From Octopus bimaculoides (Eukaryota), in the NCBI RefSeq assembly GCF_001194135.2, contig NC_068983.1:82037780-82083919 (forward strand): a DNA stretch of 46,140 nt, written 5' to 3'. Below the pieces are notes generated by a model. That model did not search any database and was not told where the DNA came from. It was given only the letters and a program-made list of their open reading frames with translations. Of this stretch, positions 38,320 to 46,140 are shown one piece after another. The first letter of the stretch is position 1, and the number at the start of each line of letters is the position of its first letter. The position numbers and the translations under genes are program-made.

Positions 38320-38960
38320 ATAGATTGTGGTGATGGTGATGTGATGGTGATGGTGGGAATACAATGGTTGTAAACACAATATGAAAATACTCACAGCTCT
38401 TTTATTATTGTCATTGTTTGCTGTTGTTGTTGTTGTTGTTACTGGTGTTCGTGGTAGTAGTGGTGGTGGTGGTGGTGGTAGTCGTGATGTTGTTGCTTAT
38501 TATTGTTAGAGTAGTTGATGTTCTTGTAGCTGTTGTTGTTGTTGTTGATGCTGTTCATGGTGGTGATGATAATGTTTGTTATTTGTTATTACTGTTGTTG
38601 TTGCTGTTGGTAGTGGTGGTGGTGGTGGTGGTGGTGGTGGTGGTGAGGGTGTAGGGCCTCATTGATAGTTATAATAACATTCTATATTGTTATTGCTATT
38701 GTTGTTGTTGTTGTTGTTGTTGGAAGTGGCGGTGATGGTGATGGTGATGATGATTATGATAATGCTTTTCATTGTTGTTACTTCTGTTGCCTTGTCGATG
38801 GTGGATGTGGCAATGTTGGTTTTCATAATGCTTTTTGTTGCTTTCATTATTGTTGCTACTGCTGGTAATGGTGGTGGTGGCAGCAGTGGTGCTGGTGGTG
38901 GCGGCAATAGTGGTGATAATAGTGGTGTTCCTTTTATTGTTTTGTTGATGTTTTCACTAT
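38320..38960. repeat. Degenerate (GTT/GGT/GAT)n tract
   Basis: Directly visible; source of poly-V/L ORFs. Confidence 0.9.
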
Positions 38961-39003
38961 TCATGGTAGAATGACACCATTTTCAAAAGGCTTTCTTCAC
39001 TAG

Positions 39004-39060
39004 AACCAAGGAAGTAACATTTCACATAAGACTGTAGTTCAAATAGTTCCTTATCCGCAG
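39004..39060 (+). CDS. Putative 57-nt symmetric exon (NQGSNISHKTVVQIVPYPQ)
   Basis: Acceptor ctttcttcactAG, consensus donor CAG|GTAAGT; only one open frame (phase 0-0). Confidence 0.4.
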
Positions 39061-40061
39061 GTAAGTAAACTGCCATCACAGAAAATCAAAGAATTACATA
39101 AAATAGGATAAAACATATGCATAAACACATACATATATACACACACATGTTTATGCATATACATATTTATACATACATATATACATGCATATGTATATAT
39201 ATATGTATGTGTGTGTGTGTGTATATTTATATATATATACACGCACACATGCTCATTATACACATACATGTATTCATACATATGATGTGCGTGTGTAATA
39301 AACAAATAATAATAATAATAATAACAATAATAATAATGGTTGAATAAAAGCAAGAATAAAGAATAATAACAGCAGCTAGACTAAATAATTATAATGACTT
39401 ATGACAGTTGTTTGGAAATAGAAAAGAAAATAAAGAATCAAGAGAAAAATAAAAGAAATAAAAAGAAAAACTGCAAGTGTTATAAAAGAAAGAGAAGAGT
39501 GATGGGTCTATTGAAACCAGCTTTGGAAGGAGCCACAACACCCTACCAGCTTCTCTGTCTTCCAACTAACACTTCAAGATATAAGCAGAAAAGAAAACAA
39601 AGAATTAACAATAAGAACAATATAAATAACAAGACAAAAACAAACAGGAAACATTGTATTGATGAAGAACTCTTGTATAACTATTTCGACCACAACAACA
39701 AAAAAGAAAACAAAAAAAACAAAACACCTCAGAAAAATGCTTAATCTTTGGTCTGCGTTGCAAACCAGTTTGAACAAAAGCATATGCTTCCATATCACAG
39801 ATTGTGTTTCTTCTTATAATTGCACATTTGAAAAGATGCCTTTCAGGGTTAAAAAAAAAAATAATAAAATGATACAAATAATAATGATATTAAAAGAAGA
39901 AAAAAGAGCAGTGCTTTATCAAAACAAAAGCTAAATGAAAAGAAATGAAATCTAAAAAAAAAAATAGAATAAAAATCAAAATAAATACATTAAAATAAAA
40001 GAGCTGAAAATTCTATACAGACACAGTCAAAAATTCATACAATCACACACCAAAATAAACT

Positions 40062-40650
40062 NNNNNNNNNNNNNNNNNNNNNNNNNNNNNNNNNNNNNNN
40101 NNNNNNNNNNNNNNNNNNNNNNNNNNNNNNNNNNNNNNNNNNNNNNNNNNNNNNNNNNNNNNNNNNNNNNNNNNNNNNNNNNNNNNNNNNNNNNNNNNNN
40201 NNNNNNNNNNNNNNNNNNNNNNNNNNNNNNNNNNNNNNNNNNNNNNNNNNNNNNNNNNNNNNNNNNNNNNNNNNNNNNNNNNNNNNNNNNNNNNNNNNNN
40301 NNNNNNNNNNNNNNNNNNNNNNNNNNNNNNNNNNNNNNNNNNNNNNNNNNNNNNNNNNNNNNNNNNNNNNNNNNNNNNNNNNNNNNNNNNNNNNNNNNNN
40401 NNNNNNNNNNNNNNNNNNNNNNNNNNNNNNNNNNNNNNNNNNNNNNNNNNNNNNNNNNNNNNNNNNNNNNNNNNNNNNNNNNNNNNNNNNNNNNNNNNNN
40501 NNNNNNNNNNNNNNNNNNNNNNNNNNNNNNNNNNNNNNNNNNNNNNNNNNNNNNNNNNNNNNNNNNNNNNNNNNNNNNNNNNNNNNNNNNNNNNNNNNNN
40601 NNNNNNNNNNNNNNNNNNNNNNNNNNNNNNNNNNNNNNNNNNNNNNNNNN
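40062..40650. other. Assembly gap (largest of eight; others 15518-15527, 16454-16695, 19393-19402, 19973-20359, 27396-27405, 35217-35341, 44289-44822)
   Basis: N runs, nearly all bordered by simple repeats or homopolymer. Confidence 1.
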
Positions 40651-41084
40651 TTTTTTTTTTTTTTTTTTTTTTTTTTTTGAAATACCAAACATGTACAAAA
40701 TGGAATGAAATTGAAAATGGTAGACCCTTCATAATATTAGAGATCTACCAGTACATTGTCATTAAATGGTAAATTAACAGAGTGGTTAGGGTGTCAAACA
40801 GAATGCCTTCCAATTATTTCTTTCCTGAATTAAAATCTTAACCCTGTCAACTTGTCAACTTGGCCTTTCAGGTTTTCAGTGTCAATAAAGTATGAACGAA
40901 ATCATGGGGTGGATTATTTGTTTCATTCCCTTAATTTTTCATTTTCTCTCTTAGAATTGGCTGCCAGCTTGTGGAGGTGTGGTACTACTTCAGTTTATTT
41001 ATGCACTAAAAACTTGCATCTGTCAGACTAAAATCCAAGAAAGCAAACATCCCTAAGGCAAGTCATAGCTTAATATGTAAGCCA

Positions 41085-41445
41085 TATATAATTGATTTAA
41101 TGGAGGCAAAGTGGCTGAGTTCCTTTTGAGTGTTGGGCTTCATGGAGGCAATGACCAAAACCTTTGGCATTATGTCGTGCTTGAGAAAAAGACCCATCAA
41201 ACCGAGCAAAATTGCAGTCATGGTGGATACCTGTGTCACGGAAATGACACCTGCGCCGTGGCATGTATAAGCACCCATTACATACATGGAGCGGTTGGCA
41301 TTAGGAAGGGCATTCAGTCATAGAAAGCCATGCCCAATCAGACTAGAGTTGGGCACAGCCTTCCAGTATGCCAGCCTAGTCAAACCATCCAACCCATGCC
41401 AGCATGGACAATGGATGTTAAATGATGTTGAATGATGATGATGAT
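41085..41445 (+). mobile_element. RTE LINE 3' end (ORF terminus, UTR, (GAT)n tail)
   Basis: acctttggcattatgtcgtgcttgagaa matches ~1907-1932; ends caacccatgccagcatggacaatggatgttaaatgatg. Confidence 0.8.
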
Positions 41446-43589
41446 GGTGGTGGTGTGTAAAATAGTGAGTTAACTTAGGCAAATTAAGCATTTTCTGAAT
41501 CATGTTGGGCTAAAATATCAATCTACAGTGGTGAACTGATAACTTTTTTTTGGAGCATTGGATGAAATTCCTTGTGGTGTATGTTCAAAGTCTGGGTGTT
41601 GTGAGTTCAAATTCTACCACATATCACTGGAAAAAAAAAAATATATATATAATAAATAATAAATAAAGCAGTGATATTACTATCAAGAGTTAGGACAGAT
41701 AGATACAAGTATCAATTGAAAACCAATCAAAGCATAGTTTTTTTCCTTCACTTCACTCAGAATATCAGCAAAAATGCAATATAAATCTACTTATATAGAT
41801 TAAAATGTCTCCAGTAATTGTAGCTATTAAGAAGCAGGTGAAATGTTAAGTGTCTTGGCAATGGATATGATATGGCATTGGTGACAAGATATAAACAAGC
41901 GCCAGACTAAGTCATTGCATTGACTTAGTCCTCTTTACTTTCAGCTAAATGAATAATTTAATGTGTAACAAGCTTTGTGGGCACATTGGGTGCACACATA
42001 AGCCAGTGAGGAAGCACCTATGTGGCTGTTTAACGTGCAATAAATACAACTGGCACTCCATTGGTTATGACGATGAGGGTTCCAGTCAGTCTGATCAATG
42101 GAACAACCTGCTCGGGAAATTAAAATGCAAGTGGCTGAACACTCCACAGATACTCATACCCTTAACACAGTTATCAGGGAGAGTTTCAGTGTAACAAGGC
42201 CGGTCCTTTAAATACAGGTAAAACTCATTTTTTGCCAGTTGAGTGAACTGGAGCTATGTGAAATAAAGTGTTTTGCTCAAAGATACAAGATGTCACCAGG
42301 AATTAAACTCAAGACCTTACGATCATGTGCCGAATGCCCTAACCACTAAACCATGTGCCTTCACTTGCAATGAATAGCTGGCTATAAATAACAATATGAC
42401 ACTCATATCACACTGTACCATTTAAAAAAAAAACAAGGCGAACACACATTGGATATAGTATTCCTAGATATATTATTCTTGAAAGATATGGAAAGTTCAC
42501 ATCTAGAATTCATTTAGTTCATATATCTGTTTCATTGTGGTTTACCTAGAGTTAAACAACAATGATAACATCAGTATCTTTTCAAGACAAGATGTTTCTA
42601 ATGACTGATTTTCTGGTTTTATTGACTGAGTAATAAAACTACTCAGTTCCACATGAGCATAGCTGTATCGTATCAAAAACTTATAAAGCAAACCATTGAT
42701 TACAGCAATACTCCAGATATTCTAGTTAGCTATAAGATATTCAGTGAGTCACTTTGAGTCTGTCTTCAGTATTTGATCAGCTCTCCAGTCATGACATCTC
42801 TAATGTAGTGCATGGTATCATGAGATTTATTTCATTGTCATTTTAAAAGATGAAAGGAATTTGTGTAAAGAGATTTGGCTACAACATAAAGTAGGTCAAG
42901 AGACTTCATAGAAGCTCTCTCTTACTGGCTTGATAGTGGCTGTATTTTTTTTTTTTTTTTTATTAATGTTCAGTGGTCTGTACTTCGTTCAAAGTTAAGC
43001 ATATGTATTTACTAGGCCTGGCAATGAATGATCTTGTATAACATTGAATCTTCATTTTCATTTTTTTGTCTTCTTTTCTGTTGTTTTGCTGTTTTTTTTT
43101 CTCTGTTTGATATGTCAACCATAACATGGAGTGAATTCAAATTCTTCAAGCCACACAATGGCTGTATCAAATTTTCTGGATGGTTCAACAGTTTTTGCTT
43201 GAGTGGATCTTGTTATAACAATTCTTTGTTTTTGACCTAGTTGCACTGATATTATTATATCAATCCTGGCAATAGTTTCATAGAATTAAGATGTTTTAAC
43301 AGTAGTGGTGTTGAGCTAAATAAAATACACACACGCATACAAAAAACAAACAAAAAAAAGCAGAATTAGTTTATTGGGATAGTGTTTAATTCAGATTTCT
43401 TTAGTATTAAGCTTATGAGGAACAAGTTCCACTAGCACTGAGTTCTATTTTACAGCAGATACGGCTCCTTGAATGCTTGCAAACTTAATTATTAGTTAGG
43501 CCAACTAAAGCAATAAAAAAAAAAATCAAGAATTTTAGTCTGAGACCTCTGGTAAAACTGTAAAATTGACAAAGACAAATGGGTCATTA

Positions 43590-43830
43590 AAGAATAGGAT
43601 AAAATGCCTCGGGGTATTTGCCTCAGTTCTCAGTAGTCTGAGTTCAAATCTCATCAGAGTGAGCATTGTCTTTCATCTTGGAGTCCAGTCCAGGATGGCA
43701 CTTTGGAGAATTTGCCTCAGTTCTCAGCGCTTTGAGTTCAAATCTCATCAGAGTCAATGTTGTCTTTCATCTTTTTGGAGTCTAGTCCTGGATGACTGAC
43801 TTAATCCATCACCCCGTTTAAGATCACTAC
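43590..43830 (+). mobile_element. SINE B-like remnant with 94-bp tandem duplication
   Basis: atttgcctcagttctcag..tgagttcaaatctcatcagagt..ttgtctttcatct at 43616 and 43710. Confidence 0.7.
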
Positions 43831-44237
43831 TTGGGCCTCGGGAGCCTTTAGTTGAGTTCACTCTGCAGTATGCATTCACACCAAGTCTCCAGTTTGAAAA
43901 TAACTTCCTTTCTTTTTTTCCTTCTTTCTTTCTTCCTCTAACTTGTCTCAGAAGCCTTAAAGGGGTAACAGGTCCCAGGCAGTGCTGTTATTTTAGTGAT
44001 GAAACCCTAAAAAGAAAAAAGGAAACACATGAAGACACTCACATATGTATATATGAAAAATAATGCACACACCTATACATGCATGTATATACAAATTATG
44101 AGACACATACCTCAATAGTCAGGCCATTGCATCACATAAAGACACTCGTGTTTGGCACAATCTTCTGACTTGCCACCTCCTGTCAAACTGTCCAACACAT
44201 ACTAGCCATGGAAAGTGGACATTAAATGATGATGATG

Positions 44238-44288
<51 letters not shown>

Positions 44289-44854
44289 NNNNNNNNNNNN
44301 NNNNNNNNNNNNNNNNNNNNNNNNNNNNNNNNNNNNNNNNNNNNNNNNNNNNNNNNNNNNNNNNNNNNNNNNNNNNNNNNNNNNNNNNNNNNNNNNNNNN
44401 NNNNNNNNNNNNNNNNNNNNNNNNNNNNNNNNNNNNNNNNNNNNNNNNNNNNNNNNNNNNNNNNNNNNNNNNNNNNNNNNNNNNNNNNNNNNNNNNNNNN
44501 NNNNNNNNNNNNNNNNNNNNNNNNNNNNNNNNNNNNNNNNNNNNNNNNNNNNNNNNNNNNNNNNNNNNNNNNNNNNNNNNNNNNNNNNNNNNNNNNNNNN
44601 NNNNNNNNNNNNNNNNNNNNNNNNNNNNNNNNNNNNNNNNNNNNNNNNNNNNNNNNNNNNNNNNNNNNNNNNNNNNNNNNNNNNNNNNNNNNNNNNNNNN
44701 NNNNNNNNNNNNNNNNNNNNNNNNNNNNNNNNNNNNNNNNNNNNNNNNNNNNNNNNNNNNNNNNNNNNNNNNNNNNNNNNNNNNNNNNNNNNNNNNNNNN
44801 NNNNNNNNNNNNNNNNNNNNNNATATATATATATATTTATGTACGAATGTATTT

Positions 44855-45050
44855 TGTGTGTCTGTTTGCAACCCCACCATCGCTTGATGACCAATGTAGG
44901 TGTGTTTATGCCTCCATAACTTAGTGGTTTGGGAAAAGAGACCGATAGTATAAGTACTAGGCTTACAAAGAATAAGTCCTGGGGTTGATTTGTTCGACTA
45001 AAGGCAGTGCTCCAGCATGGCCACAGTCAAATGACTGAAACAAATAATAG
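44855..45050 (+). mobile_element. SINE family A 3' half following microsatellite/gap
   Basis: ccccaccatcgcttgatgaccaatg..cagcatggccacagtcaaatgactgaaacaa, same as 35395-35570. Confidence 0.8.
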
Positions 45051-45319
45051 AATACATATAGTTCAAATTTGCAGAAAACAAAAGACAAAGACAGGTGTTG
45101 GAACAACAAGCAGGTGTATTAGTTTAACTCTTGAGAAGAATGGAAAAGACTTTTATGCTTTGAGGCTACGCTTTTTGACAGAACACGTTAAGAGGGAAAA
45201 AATGGGGAGAGAATGAAAAAAAAAAAAACAGAGTGAGGAAAAAATGTGTAGAGGATACTGGTTCATTTTACATGCTCTATTCCCTCAATTTTTATACACA
45301 CACACAAACACACACACTT

Positions 45320-45950
45320 GCAAAGTGTGGTGAATAAATTGTTGTCTAAATTATGCAAAAATAAAAATAACACTGACATCTCATTTTAACAGATATATTT
45401 ACCGAAATTACATAAAAATATGTTGAAATACTGAAGAGTAAGTTGATTCAATAGAATTGCCATTGCCTTCAACTAGGGCCTCCAGCCAACTGTGGAATCT
45501 CCTGCAACTCTTCTGGATGATCTCCTTGTTTAAGTTGATGAATGCTACCATAATCCTTGCCTTCAGTTCATCTTTGGTGTTGCATAGCATTTTATTGGTC
45601 TCTCACTCAACTGTTCCCCACACATACTAATCAAGGAGGATTGCAGTCTGGAGAGTTAGGTGGCCAGATATTAGGGGTGATGGGTTTGCAGAAATTCTCT
45701 GACAGCCATGACTGGGTTCTCCTGCTTGTGTGGCATAGTGCAGAGTCTTGTTGCCAAACATAGGGTCTTCCAGCAGCCACCCTCTTCACTGAGAGCCTGC
45801 ATGTTGAGTTTGAGGCTGTGTGGGAAGATGACTGGAGGCATAATGTCACCCTCACTAGGGATCACTCCAAACACCATGATGTTGAGTGGATGTTTGTCTT
45901 TTATTATACATAGCAACCCTAGTTACTAACCACGAACTATAAAATAACAT
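45320..45950 (-). mobile_element. maT/DD37D Tc1-mariner transposon, 3' half
   Basis: KHPLNIMVFGVIPSEGDIMPP..PYVWQQDSALCHTSRRTQSWLSENF..WPPNSPDCNP(+1)LD..NTKDELKARI..; 37 residues between the catalytic Ds after correcting one insertion. Confidence 0.85.
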
Positions 45951-46109
45951 TTTCCAGCTTATCACACTTTGATATGGGAAAAAGTTACAACCTTCTATGC
46001 TAAGAAACTATTATTGTTCCTGAAAGTTGTTTTTTATACCTTCTATGGACTGCTCAAAGCTTTACTAACTTCTGACACCTCAATCCTTTGGACCTTACAT
46101 TTACATATC

Positions 46110-46140
<31 letters not shown>

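Overview
AT-rich, microsatellite-saturated animal genomic DNA from a gapped assembly (8 N-runs, most flanked by simple repeats). The SINE/LINE repertoire and repeat density suggest a cephalopod (Octopus-like) intronic/intergenic region; this is inference. No intact protein-coding gene is recognisable and almost all listed ORFs are low-complexity artefacts. What can be supported is a dense fossil record of mobile elements: two decayed RTE-clade LINEs plus solo RTE 3' tails, five fragments of an R4/Dong-like restriction-endonuclease LINE (four abut TAA-type repeats), a Penelope-like GIY-YIG fragment, a degenerate minimal hammerhead ribozyme motif, a full-length decayed DD34D mariner, a DD37D (maT) fragment, hAT-like MITEs and three tRNA-like SINE families, several nested in one another. 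A few short + strand segments with good splice signals may be exons of an unidentified host gene (low confidence). The most interesting signals are the use of (TAA/TTA)n microsatellites as insertion hubs, a 167-bp highly structured GC-rich island embedded in (ATT)n, and a splice-bounded frame whose only two stops are one A>G change from Trp.
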